Shown here in pieces: positions 1-12,960 of a stretch of DNA of 64,000 nucleotides. The stretch comes from Chiloscyllium plagiosum (lineage: Eukaryota): contig NC_057720.1 of assembly GCF_004010195.1 (NCBI RefSeq), positions 30,644,815-30,708,814 of the forward strand, given 5' to 3'. Below the pieces are notes generated by a model. The model saw only the letters and a list, made by a program, of their open reading frames with translations. It did no database searches and was not told where the DNA came from. How positions within the stretch are numbered: the stretch's first letter is position 1; the number at the start of each line of letters is the position of its first letter. A program made the translations under genes and the position numbers.

Positions 1-513
1 GGGGACAGTGCTGGACGAGGATGGGGGACGGGGGCAGTGCTGGACGAGGATGGGGGGCAGGGGCAGTGCTCGATGGGGATGGGGGTGTGGTTTTGAATGG
101 ATTTGGGGGGCGCTGTTGGACGAGGGCGGCGAGCAGGAGATTGTTGGACAGGGTAGGGGAACGGCGGAGGCATTGGATGGGGGCGGGAGGAGACAGTGTC
201 TCGTGAACTGTGTGCTTCTGCAGTCTCCTGAACAGGGAGCAGACTTTAAAAACTCTGGATTTGGGGGGCGCTGTTGGACGAGGGCGGCGAGCAGGAGATT
301 GTTGGACAGGGTAGGGGAACGGCGGAGGCATTGGATGGGGGCGGGAGGAGACAGTGTCTCGTGAACTGTGTGCTTCTGCAGTCTCCTGAACAGGGAGCAG
401 ACTTTAAAAACTCCAAGCCCCGGCGGAATGGTATTTAATTGATTAACCGAATAATCGATTATCCAAACAAAACAGTGCCCACCCATCAGGTTTGGGTAAT
501 CAAGGTTTCTCTG
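1..513. mobile_element. Right end of a Tigger/pogo-like non-autonomous DNA element with G-rich internal tandem repeats
   Basis: Ends in ...gggtaatcaaggtttctctg followed by TA (reverse complement CAGAGAAACCTTGATTACCC, a pogo-type TIR); related subterminal motif cgattatccaaac; left end lies outside the window. Confidence 0.55.
98..413. repeat. Tandem duplication, 2 x 158 bp
   Basis: 98-255 and 256-413 read identically; preceded by ~30-bp G-rich units at 1-85. Confidence 0.92.
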
Positions 514-955
514 TAGAAAGTTTTTTAACTTCCCCTCCCCTGCTTAAAGTATAGACAATGGTGCAAAATTATCTGCGATCAAAGGGAGCAAATGAGAAGT
601 TAACACTAAATTTTAAAAAACACTTCATCGAGGAAATGTGGATCTGAAGACCATTTCATGCATCATATAGATTCCCAACCATATTAACAGTCAGTCACTT
701 TGTCGACTTGCTAAACAACCGTCTCCATTCTATTCTTAATGCCTCATTTTACCTGATCACAGACAGAGTCTTAATTCCACTCCTTGGGTCATAATCCTTC
801 CCTGTCACCTTTACCTTATCTGTGCACACACAATAATTGACACGTACATGGAAGTGCAAAGACCTACAGAGATCCACAATATTTGCTTTATTTTTTTGGA
901 GATATTTTGTTGATGGTGGACGCATGTGCTCTAAAAGAATGAAAACTCAACTCAC

Positions 956-1058
956 CAATAGTCATCAGAGATGAAATGTCAGTGTGTAGGACTAGTGATG
1001 CCAAAGTGATATGGAGATACCAGAATTCTCTGGCCTGTGCTGAGCTCCAGCGCCGATT
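956..1058 (-). CDS. USP24: USP24 exon (last in window): NRRWSSAQAREFWYLHITLASLVLHTDISSLMTI
   Basis: RRWSSAQAREF recognisable; tcag acceptor, gtgagt donor; 103 nt; gene continues left of the window. Confidence 0.92.
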
Positions 1059-1490
1059 CTGACAGAAAAAATAATGTATTGAGTGCTGAGCAGTAAAAAT
1101 AACCTGAAATGATTGATATCATTGCAAAATATTAACTATTACAAAAACAAAGAATTATGGATGCTGGAAGCCTAACACAAAAAAAACCTAAATATTCTTA
1201 GATATATTTTACATCAATGAAAACTATAAGTCTTAGGATTTTTCTGCTTCAGCCAAGATTATGAAACATAATTAGGTAAACACAATAAAGCAATGCCACT
1301 GATCACTGAATACATGGCTTAAAAAGGGATCATTTGAAAAGTGGACAATTATTATATGACTAGATTGATTACACTAGTGATTACTTGACAGACTAACTTA
1401 AGGGATACCAGTTACAAATATGTGACACCCCATAATTGAGGCTGCAGAACTTTATTGAAGCATTTTTTAAAAAAAACACCTTATACTTAC

Positions 1491-1580
1491 TTGATTGTTC
1501 TGCCTTGATGGGCCCAAAAGAAAACAAAGCATGTGTTTGAATGCAGAGTGTTTGAATAGTAGCTGGCATGCCTTGAAACC
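1491..1580 (-). CDS. USP24: USP24 exon: GFKACQLLFKHSAFKHMLCFLLGPSRQNNQ
   Basis: Hand translation; ttag acceptor, gtaagt donor; 90 nt. Confidence 0.9.
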
Positions 1581-1980
1581 CTAAGTGACAAGATATCACA
1601 AACAGTTCAATTTACTCAATAGTTCACAGTTCAAATAATTGAAAGAACCTCTTGAAGTCATCTGCGAGTCAGAATTACATGCTCAAAGTCACAAGAGTTA
1701 GATGGAATTCCATTCAAAGGGGTAAGTTCCAAAAAAAGAAACCCTGAAATTTGTAGCTTTAATTCTATTTTTTCCTGTACATGTTGTTCACATTGACTTA
1801 ACGAATAACATGTTTGACATGCAAAAATAAAGCGTTGGGGAAAGAGACAAGAAGGAAGGGACTTAAATAAAAGCCTTCATGTATGAAATTAGTCAGTGTT
1901 CTTAAGGTATCAAAACATTGTGGATCAAAGTTTACTTAAAGAGATGGAGCCCGATTCAGAGTTGTAAGCTTTATTATTAA

Positions 1981-2390
1981 TTATTCATTCTCAGGATGTG
2001 GGAATCACTGGCTAGGCCAGTATTTATTGCCCATCCCTAATTGCTCAGTGGGGAATTAAGAGTCAACCACATTTGTGTGTAGGCAAAAATGAGTACTGCA
2101 GATGCTGAAGATTAGAGTCAAGAGTGTGGTGTGGAGCAGGAAAATTGAAAAAGGCCCTTCATTCCTGATGAAGGGCTTTTGCCCAAAATGTTAATTTTCC
2201 TCCTCCTCGGATGCTGCCTGACCTGCTGTGTTTTTCCAGCACCACACTCTTGACCCACATTTCTATATAGCTAGACCAGATAAGGATGGCAGTTTCCTTC
2301 TCTAAGTGACACTAGCGAACCAGATGTGCTTTCCAATAGTTGACAAGGGTTTTATGGTCATCATTAGGCTCTTAATTCCAGACTTTATTT
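1981..2390 (-). mobile_element. Deu-domain SINE (SacSINE1-like), interrupted by a PLE-derived palindromic element at ~2082-2253
   Basis: atttattgcccatccctaattg and aagagtcaaccacatt blocks; related copies at 28680, 53300 and 60830. Confidence 0.7.
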
Positions 2391-2623
2391 TAACCTTGTA
2401 GGTTGTAATAGCATGCTCAGCAAGTTACCAAAATTAAACTTCTTCCATCATTAGCAAACTGAAGTTACATTCCAACTGGGTGAAATGATAATCTGATTAT
2501 TCAATTACGGCTAGTTTTGCCTTTGTGCACATAAACTCTCCAATATTGAAAACCTAACATTATGTCACAAGTTTACATAGTCTATATTTAGCACAATTAA
2601 AATATACCAACTACATACTATAC

Positions 2624-2740
2624 CTTCTGTACAAAGTTGTTGAAGAGGAGGAAGTACTGGGAGCAATTTTTACAATTCTCAGCAACATCCTTGTCAAGCA
2701 AAGAAAGCAGCACATCCAACAACTGGTCCAATCCTCTGAG
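2624..2740 (-). CDS. USP24: USP24 exon: LRGLDQLLDVLLSLLDKDVAENCKNCSQYFLLFNNFVQK
   Basis: Hand translation; tcag acceptor, gtatag donor; 117 nt. Confidence 0.93.
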
Positions 2741-3129
2741 CTGAAGTTACAAACAATCTTATTAAAAACATTCAAACAACTTAATTAAAATAGACACTGG
2801 GTTGTTAAAAATGGGTGAACAAGTCACTTGGAAAGGATCAAAAGATCACCATTTTGCTAAGATCACATTCCATAGTACTACTTTGCTTCTTACCGAGCAT
2901 GCAGTAAAGGCACACTGAATTCAATTAACGTGATAGTAAGGGCTCTTGAGGTACAGTGGCAGTGTCCCTACCTCTGGACTAGAAGGCCCAGGTTCATGGC
3001 ATGTCACGTCTGAACAGTTTGACTGAAAATATGTAAAGATGGCCTTCTTTCCAATATCAAAAACGCGGCATGGGCCGGTTGAGAAATGATAAGAACCATA
3101 AAAATGTAGGTTAATTCAATTATAGAACA

Positions 3130-6100
3130 AATTTAAAAGGCTTTCTATCTTTATATGTTAAGTATTAGGAATAAGGTAGACAAATTGGCAGTTCAAATAG
3201 AGATAAATGAATATGACCTCATAGCTATAACAGAAATATGGTTACAAGAAGATCAAATCTGGGAACTTAACATTCGGGGACATTTGACCTTTCAGAGAGA
3301 CAAGAGGGATTGAAAAGTTGGTGGATAGGTCTGTTCATAAGAAATGAAATGAGAGATGATCTAGGCTCGAATGATGTAGGGTCCTTTTGGGTGAAGGTAA
3401 AACAAAAGGGAAAGAAAACATTATTAGGAGTAGTGTACAGACCCCCAAACAGTAGCTATTTTGTGGCCAAGGTTATAAAACAAATAATGGAAACATACAA
3501 AAAGAGAAGACAACGATAATTATGGGAGACTTTAACCTTAATGTTGGTTGGGTAAATCAAGTTGGAAAGGGTACCTAGAACAACAACTTCATTGACTGCA
3601 TTAGGGATAGTTTTCAAGAGCAACGTGTTATGGAGCCAACCAGAGGGCAGGCTATCTTGGATCTGGTAATAGGTAATAAGGCAATTTTAATAAAAGATCC
3701 TGGAGTTAAAGATTGCCTGGGAAGTAGTGATCATAATATGATTGAATTTAATATTCAGTTTGAGAATGAGAAACTTCATTCAGAAGCAACAGAATAACTT
3801 AAAGGGAATTACAATGAAGTGATGATACAGTTAGCTACAATGAACTGGGCTGATAGATTAGCAGGAATGATAGTAAGCAAGCAGTGGCAATCATTTAAGG
3901 AGGCAATTCATGACTCTCAGCAAAAATTCATCCTAGTAAGGAGGAAAGATTCTAAGAGACAGGTAAACCAACCAAAGCTAACAAAAGAAAATTAGGGACA
4001 ATATTAAGTTGAAACAAAAACAAAGGAGGCTAAAGTCATTGACAACACAATAAATTTAGAATCCAGCAAAGGAGGTCCAAAAAGATAAATAAAGTCAGAG
4101 AAAGTAAACTGCAGGGACAAACTAGCTTGGAATATAAAAACTGGCAATAAGAGCTTCTTTAAATGTATAAAAGGGAGAGGTCAGAGCGAACATAGGCCCC
4201 TTAGAAAATAAATCTCAGGTGACTGTTATGGGGAACAAGGAAATGGCAGAGGAGTTAAACAAATATTGTGCACCAGTCTTTACAGTACAAGATACTGAAA
4301 ATGTCCCTTTAATACTAAAGAATACTGAGGAAGAATTAAGTACAACAAACTTTTATTAACCAGCATCCATGAGACCAGGAGCGTGCTGGCTAATCAAATA
4401 TTCTGGATAATCAAGAGGTATGTATAATCAATGTAAACACTAAGTAATAGATACATAATGTAAGGGGTAAATACATCACTTTTATACTTTATTTACAGCA
4501 TAAATCACTTAAATAATAATGCAACTTCATCTTAAATAAAACTCATTGGCAGACAGCCTTCTGACTCACTCTCAACTGACTACTTGGCCATTGTGGTAGA
4601 TTGAGATATTTGAGGAGAAATTGATTTGAAGTTGATATTTAATGTGGCCATTCAATTGAACAAGTATAGTTACATTGACGTAAATAAATTCAAAAACTAT
4701 AATAATTGGATGGAATAATACAGTAAACCTCGCGATATTTGAGATATATAATTTTTGCCAGTTTATTAAGAGTGCTAGTTCATAACACGTTGGTTAAAAC
4801 AAAATTTGCCGTACCATTACTAGAGAAGTAGCATTAGACAAACTAATAGGGTTAAAGGCAGATAAGGTCACTAAAAGCTTGTATCCTAGGATCCTAAAAG
4901 TGTTAGCTTCACAAATAGTAGTTGCATTGGTTGGATTATGGAGAAGTGCTTGAGGATTGGAAACCTGCTAATGAGTCACCCATTTTCAAAAAGTGAGGGA
5001 TGTGAAAAACAGGTATCTGTAGGTCGATTAGCCTAAAATCTTTTGTTGGAAAAGTACTGGAATCAATTTTTAAAGGAAGTAATAGTAGAACATTTGAAAA
5101 ATCAATCTAATCAAGCAGAGTCAGCACAGCTTTACGAAAAGGAAACCACGCCTGATTAATTTATTAGAGTTTTCGAGGAAATCTCATCCAGAGTGATGCA
5201 GGGGACTCAGCAGATGTGTTGTGTTTGGATTTCCAGAAGGCACTCGACAAGTTACCTAACAAAAAGTTAAGTCATAAGAACCCACAGTGTTGGAGATAGT
5301 ATATTGGCATGGATAGAGAATTGGCTCATGGGCAGGAAACAGTGAATAGGGATAAGGGATTCTTTGTCAGGTTGGCAACCTGTGAGCAATGAGGTTCCAC
5401 AGGGATCAGTGCTGGGACGGCAAATGTTTACAATATATATCTATTAATGCCTTGGAAGAAGGAAATGAATACACCTTCATCAAATTTACAGCTTTCACAA
5501 AAATAGGTGGAAATGCAGGCTATGAGGTGTACAGTTTTTCAGAGACATAGTGTTCAGTTGAGTAAGTGGACAAAAAGTTGGCAAATGAAGGATCACGTGA
5601 GAAAATGTGAAGCTGTTCATTTTGGAAGAGAAGACAAAAGAATAGAGTATTTAAATGGAGAAAAAAAAACTGCAGAAAGATGCAACATAAAACTTGGGAG
5701 TACTTGTACATGAAACACAGAAAGCCAATACACAGGTGTAGTAGGTAATCAAGAAGGCTAATAGAAGGTTTGCCCTTATTGCAAGGCAGCTGAAATATAA
5801 GAGTAGGGAAGTTTTACTGCAACTGTACAAGATCCTGCTGAGACCACATCTAGAATTTTGATCCACTTACTTAAGGAAAAATATCATTTCATTGAAGGCA
5901 GTTCATTAGGAAGATCCCTGGTATAGAAGGATTGTTTTTGTGAACAATGGCTAAACGGGTTGACAACTTGCTCACCAGAGTTTAGAAGAATGAAGGGGGA
6001 TCTCATACAGGATTCTTAAGGGACTTGACAGGGTAAGTGCTAAGAGGATGTTTCCCGTCATGGGAGAGTTAAGGACCAGTAAACATAGTGTTAGAATAAA

Positions 6101-6380
6101 GGAAAGCCAATTTAAGACTGAGGTGATGAGGAATTTCTTCTCACAGAAGTCTGAATGAGTTTGGAACTCCTTGCCACAGAGAACTATGGGGTAGAGTCCT
6201 TATGTACATTTAAGGCTGAGATAGATAGACTCTTGATCAGTAGGGAAATCAAGTGTTACGGGGGAAAATGCCAGAAAGTAGATATAAGGAATGTCAAATC
6301 GGCTATGATCCTATAGAATGGCAGAGCAGGTTTGAGGGGCCAAATGGCCTATTTCCTGTCCTTATTTCTTATGGACTTAT
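3130..6380 (+). mobile_element. Degenerate near-full-length CR1 LINE ORF2 (APE endonuclease + RT) with 3' tail
   Basis: IAITExWL, GVVYRPPN, MGDFN, SDH, LDFQKA and PQGSVLG remnants with many stops and frameshifts; CR1-type 3' end near 6380. Confidence 0.9.
4343..4811. mobile_element. Tigger/pogo-like MITE nested in the CR1
   Basis: TA at 4341-4342 and 4812-4813; degenerate TIRs; excising it restores the CR1 frame EELSTITREVALDKL. Confidence 0.75.
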
Positions 6381-7948
6381 AACTTAGGCACACTGAAATG
6401 ACTTGTCAATTTTTAAAAATATATATCAGAAGCAATGTACACAAATTTCTGTCTTCCCCATCTTATAGCTAATCAGAACCAATGGCATGGCTATCACTTT
6501 ATTAATTTTCATGGGTTTCAGGTGTACTTAATGACTGTTGATATCAATCTTTGATCAATTTACAATCAAAATAGTATCTTGCACCTAGTTTTGAAAACCC
6601 ATGTGCATCTTGTTCTTTGACCAATTTTTCCACTTCTACAGCAATCTAAACAGCAGCACCAGAGATACTGAATAAACAGTGGGCAATTTTTAAAAAAATC
6701 CCATTTTGAGCTACTTGGATGAGTGGAAATACTCCCTTTGCTCAGCAAATCTACTGTGGGTCCTGCTGGTCTTTACTTAGCCCAACTGCATGTCATTGCT
6801 CCAAAGAATTCCAATTCAAATTTCAATTCAAAACCAGAGCACAGAGATAGTGTTAAGCAGTGAGAATCTTATGTTTCTTTGTTACTGTTCTTCATTTGCT
6901 CAATAGTGAAAGCTATCAATCCCTATTTAATTACAGGAATAAGCCCTTTGCTTGAGCCTCCTCTCTATTTCCATTCATCACAGTGCGATTGTCACGAATG
7001 CCTTAGCAAAAGATGTTGTCCTTCACATACACACTAACTGCACACATTCCTTTCTTCTGTTTTGCATGCAACATCAGGATCTCAAATTTCAGACCACTGA
7101 ACAGTTGGCCTTGCTTCCAGTAGTGACCACCACTACCTTCCAAACTTAGTGACTACTGTTTGCCAGTCTCACTTTCTCTCCTAAACCTTCCCCCTCATTG
7201 ACCTCCAGTCCTCATAAGGCTTTCCTTCTGTTGATTCCCAATCACAACCTCTCAACATCTAACCCACTGCCTACCTATTGACTGGAACAGGGATAAGGAG
7301 AGCTGGTGATGCATAGAAAAACATAGCTTTGGCTGTTGGAAAATTTCCGCAGCAAACTCTTACTCTCAAAGACAACATATGTGTGGGGTGCATTAAATTT
7401 TTCTGCCTGCAACACATCTAGCATCCTTGTTGTAGTTGGCTTTATTTTCAATCCTGATGAACAAATGTTTTACTGACATTTTAGACATTATGAAGCTGAG
7501 GAGAAGGAATTTTATCCTGCAAACAACCCTGACCTAAGAATATTGACACAGGTACAGCCCATGATGGGGAAAGATTTTCCCATTTATCAGCACTGATATT
7601 CACGTTAAATTGTTTCCAAAAAAATGTAATTTACTACAATTTCCAATGCTTTTCTTCAGGTATTACTTACAAATGACAAATCATTGGTTGCAGTAAAGAT
7701 AGAAGAGACAAAATTAAAATGTACATTTTTATTATTTCCCATCAATCATTTTAATAAGTGGTTCATTCTTATCTGCATTGTGAAGAAATTAGTCAGTAAC
7801 AGAAGCTTTTAACTTACTGAACTAAACATACAGCAAACACTGAGCTAATTTAGAACTCTATAACATGACCTGCTGACACAGACATGGGCATATTAATTAT
7901 TTTGTAACTAAATTAAAAATAGACATTCCACATGCGTAATTTACTAAC

Positions 7949-8045
7949 CTTTTCCTGATAAAGCAAGGCACTCTCCAGGGCTTTTTCTAGGATGGTAGCA
8001 ACAGTTACTCGAACCTCCCGGACAGAACACTCCAGAAGAAAAATC
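7949..8045 (-). CDS. USP24: USP24 exon: IFLLECSVREVRVTVATILEKALESALLYQEK
   Basis: Within ORF 7913..8122; ccag acceptor, gttagt donor; 97 nt. Confidence 0.93.
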
Positions 8046-9951
8046 CTGGTTGTGTAGGTAAGAAAAATCAAAGTGGACTTTGTTACACCATTTCCTACTT
8101 CATCCTCCCCATTTCTCTTCAAACTCTACCATCCCCAAACAAAGTGAATTGCAGGGGGTGGTGGTGGAAGACCAAGAGGTCAATTCTGACAAATCAGAAT
8201 ATAATGGGCAGCAGCATACACGCTGTGGGGAAAAGTAGGACATCTATGCAATAAGGCCAAGAGCTAGCAGCTGTGACTAAAGAAAACTGTCCACCTTCCG
8301 AATCTCATTCATTTTACTCTGTCTCTACGTCCCTCCCGTATCGCTTTCAACATTTCGTATAAACTAAGTTTATAATTGAGAATGAATTTAAGGATTCTTA
8401 AAATACTTTTGAATCTCTGGCTGGTAGATGGAGAGTAACATAAGAAGGAATTTCACTTCACTGACTTAAGTCCCAGAATCATATCCACACAGTGTTATTT
8501 TCAATTGTAAAACTATTAGAATGCTATGATCAGTGTTTTTAATACAAGACAGACAGATTCAGTTTGGAACAGTTAAGACTGCTCATTTGAAGTTTTATTT
8601 AAGTTATATTGTTGCTGCAGGGTAAAAGGAGATTTTAGTTGTGCTATTACAAATTTGGGATGCCCTGAGTCAAAAGTATCACGACTTTTGTCTTTGAGGA
8701 TCACTCCAGTATGCACCATGCAGTATTAAGGTTAAGGCACTGCGCATAAAATTTGATTGCGTCCCCATTTGCTTACATGTATATCTATCTTTGCTGATAT
8801 TCTCTGAATCAGGAAAAATGCAACATTTATGCTCCTGGTTGTAAAGAAATTAAAAATGCAGCAGTTCAAAAGGCAGGAAGAAACAAGGGATTGAAAATGT
8901 CAAATAAACCAAGCTGAGAATACTTTCTCATATTTCATTTGATAACATGCCTTAGCCTGTCTGTATAATCATAAATCCAGTCCCCACCCCTTACTGAAAA
9001 TACAATCTTGCGTATAGGTGGGCTGATGTCAGCCCATCGTCATGCTGCAAACTAGTTAGCCAATCAAAGATCAACATTTTCAAGGATGATTTCCACTCAG
9101 CCTTGTACTGTTAGACAATTAGATTGGCGAGTCTTTTGATGTTCACATTTAAATCCTTAAAGCAGAAGCAGAACCCAAAGTCAAAATGATCACTTTCCCC
9201 ATGTACAGGTACTTCCTGACTTGACAAATATTTCTTTAGAAAGCATATGTTGACTGCAATGATTCAATGTAGAATACTGACACCACAAACCCATTCTCTA
9301 TGAAACGTGTAACTGAATAATCTCCATTTAATACTTCCAGAAATAATTAATTTACAGACATATACTTAAACATTAATTAGATCATCACATTCAATAGAAA
9401 GAAATGAAAAGAATAAATTTTACCATATTTAAAGGCAAATTTAATTCAGGCTCCTTTAAGTGTGATAATAATGTCCAAAAAAATCTAAGTAATGATTTTT
9501 GCTGCTAATATGGGAATAAAGTTCCTGAAATCATTATTGATCCTGACTGAGATTAACAAATTTATAGGCAATAACCACTGACACCAGAGCTTTGATTTTG
9601 CTTGCAATTATTCTTCACATATTCTTCTGAATTATTGTCAAATCCTTAATTATTATAAACATATATATCTAAATATCAGAAACAGCAAGATTATGAATCT
9701 CTCTGTCTAATAATACTTGTATTAACATCATGCAAACCCAAATAAAAGCCTTAGAACATACTGACACAAACTAACTTGGAAACAATAGAATTTAAGAAGA
9801 TTTGTCATTCAGCAACTGATGACCTATAATTTAAAGACACTAGTTGTCTTAAGGTACCAATTCTGTGGTCTTCCTGGATTTATTTTCATAGTCACTCAAA
9901 AAGAACAAGCAGCTTTAACCAAAATTCCAAGCCTGTGCTTTATAGACTTAC

Positions 9952-10065
9952 TTTATTAATTCTCGTCCCTCAGATCCAATCAAAAATTCAATCAGCCACT
10001 GGCATGCCTCGCAACTATTTGAAAGCAACCTTTCGATGAGGGTAATCCATTCTCCAGTGTCCATC
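9952..10065 (-). CDS. USP24: USP24 exon: MDTGEWITLIERLLSNSCEACQWLIEFLIGSEGRELI
   Basis: Hand translation; gcag acceptor, gtaagt donor; 114 nt. Confidence 0.92.
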
Positions 10066-10229
10066 CTGCAGTTTTTTTTAAAAAAAATCTCCAGTTGTTG
10101 AAAGGTTCAACACACGAAATTGATAATTAAACACAACTTTAAACAGATAGCTCAAAACTAGTACAATACATAAAAGAGCAAATGTAGTACCTTCCAGTCT
10201 ATGTAAAAACACAAAGAGCTATATGCAAA

Positions 10230-11158
10230 GAGCTATATGATTCCAGAGATGAAGTGTTTGTCTTATGAAGACAGTGAGCAATTTAGGCCTATATTCTCTG
10301 GAGTTCGGAAAAAAATCTAGTTGACATATATTGGATGTGAAAGGGGACAGATAAGGTGAATGTAGAGAGGATGCTTCCTCATATTTGGCAATCTCGAACA
10401 AGACACCGGAGTTTTCGGATAAGGGATAGCAGATTTGAAACAGAAGAGACATTACCTCTCTCAAAGGGTCGTGAATCTGTGGAATTCACTACCCCAGAGT
10501 GTGGTGTATGCTGGAACATTGCATAAATATACATAGCAGATAGTTTTTAATTAGTAATGAGTTGAAGGGTTACGGAGAACATGCAGGAAAGTGGAGTTGA
10601 AGCCAAGAGAAGACCAGCCATGATCACATTAAATGGTATAGCAGGCTCATGGGTCTGAATTGCATACCAGCTCTTATATTCTTATCATCTAAAATAAAAG
10701 GCCCTTAGCTACTTATAATTCATATTAAAGACTTAAGATGAAGAAAGCAAGAGCAATCCATCCAAGTTTGCAGGTAGTATAAAACTTGGTGGGGACAGCG
10801 AACTTTGATAGCAAATGTGCTGCAAAGAGCTTAGATTGATTAAAGAAGTGGGCAACAAATTCGTTTGAAGTTATTCATAATGGGAGGAAGAACAGCAAAG
10901 CTGAATATTTTTGAAAGGGTGTGTAACTCGCAAATATTGATGTTCAAAAAACCTGCGTGCACTTGTATAAGGAACAGAAATTTAGCGTGTAGGTGAAGCA
11001 ACCAATTAGGTAGACAATCGAATGTGCACCCTTATTGCAAGGGTATGGAGTACAAAAAATAACATCTTGTTTGTATAAAGTGGGATCACACCTGCTTTGT
11101 GTAGTTTTGATCTCCATAACTAAGGAAGTTTATGAGATTAGTTCCTGGAATGAATGAG
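10230..11158 (+). mobile_element. Two degenerate CR1 3' fragments
   Basis: RVVNLWNSLP-type remnant and CR1 tail near 10690; second RT C-terminal fragment at ~10760-11158. Confidence 0.7.
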
Positions 11159-11164
11159 GAGAGA

Positions 11165-12960
11165 TGTTGGCATAATGGTGCTGTTCTCACTTTTGTTATA
11201 TAGAAACCCAGCTGATCTCTGAGGAATTAGGTCCAAATCAATTTGAACGTATTAAAATTAAAAGTATAGTGATGACAATGAAATCATTATCAACTGATGT
11301 AAAAACTCAAGTGATTGATGAATATTGTTTGGGACAACAAGTTTACCATCCTTACCTGGCCTGGCCTGTATCTCACTCCAGACCAATTGACCAATGTGAT
11401 TGACACTTAACTGCCCTCTGAAATGGCAAGCAAGCCACTCAGTTGTTTCATACCAGTAAAAGTCCACAAAAAAACAAATCAGATCACTGGCATCAACTTA
11501 GACTCCAGCAAGGGCAACAGCAAACTTAGCTTTGTTGATCCTGCAAAATCCTCTTTATGAGGTGAAGTTCCAAATTTGGGAGAACTATTACACAGACTAT
11601 CCCAGAAGCAGTCTGACACAGTCATATGCACAGAATAATAATACCTTACAAGGTCACAGATATCACACCCAACCTTGGATCTGCCCTGTCCCAGCAGCAG
11701 GACAGAACCAGTAAAAGTGATGGCATAATCAGGAGATTGGCTTGGAGTGCTGAGCACTCCATCTCTGGGCCTCATGAAATCAGCTCAAACTTTGGCAAGG
11801 AACCTTCTTCTGCTTACCATAAACTGTAAACCCCATATCAGGTAATGAATCATTACTCCTCCATGTTGAACACCATTGGAGATAGCACTGAATGTGGCAA
11901 GGACATAGGATGCATTACAGGTGGAGGAATTTCAGTCCATCGCCAAGACTGGCTTGGCAGGATCACTACTGGCCAGACTGGTTGAGTCTTAAAAGCCACA
12001 GCTGCTGGATTAGATCTGCAGTAGGTGGTGAAGGAACCAAAACGGAAGAACATATTTGACCTCAACCTCATTACTTGTCTGCCACAGAAACATCTGTCCA
12101 TGACAATGCCATTAAGAGTAAACACCGTAGTACTTGTGGAATGAACTTCCAGAGGAAGTGGTGGATGTGGCTACAGTCACAATGTTTAAGAGACATTTAG
12201 ATAAGTACATGAATAGGAAAGATTTGGAGAGATATGCGCCAAGGGCTGACAGGTGGAACTAATTTAGTTTGGGATTTATGGTCATCATGGACTAGTTGGA
12301 CCATAGAGTCTGTTTCTGTGCTATATGAATGTGTGTAGCTTCATCTTCAATTTGAAGATAGTCTTCATTATGTTACATGGCACTTTCACTGAGCTAAGAT
12401 AGATTGAGCAGATCTAGCAGGTCAAGATTCAGAATCCATGAGACACTTGGATCATCATCATCGGTAGAACCATATTCAAATGCAATCAATAACATCATAG
12501 CCCATCATATCCCCCACTCTACCATTATCATCAAGCCAGGGGATCAATTCTCGTTCAAAGAAAAGTTCAAGAGCACATGCTTAAAGTAACATCAAACATA
12601 CCTAAAAATGGAGGTGTCAACCTGGTGAAACTACAATACAGGACTACTTGAGTGTTAAATAGGATATGCAGCATGCGATAGACAGAATAAAGCTTTCCAC
12701 AACCAGAGGTAAGATGTAAGCTCTGAAGTCCTGCCACATCCAGTTAGGAATGGCATTGGATAATTAAACAAACCAGTGGAGAAGGCTCCAAACATCTCTC
12801 CATCAATGATGAGAAAGCCCAGCTTATCAATGCAAAAGATAAAGCTGAAGCATTTTTGATAAGCTTGAGCCAGAATTGGCAATTGGATGATGCATTTCCA
12901 CCTCCCCTGGAGGTCCCCAGCAATGTTGTCTGCTTTCAGCATTTGTACGAGGCAGCTCAT
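11165..12960 (+). mobile_element. Degenerate LINE 5' portion (APE endonuclease remnant) headed by a tRNA/Deu SINE-like segment, with a CR1 3' fragment nested at ~12126-12335
   Basis: Deu block cttaactgccctctgaaatggc-aagcaagccactcagttg, then a PNLGELLHRLSQKQSDTVICTE remnant and a later NIFDLNLIT remnant. Confidence 0.65.

Noticed and set aside
8..364. 118-aa Gly/Arg-rich ORF
   Set aside because: Product of G-rich tandem repeats; the peptide repeats with the DNA unit and has no recognisable domain
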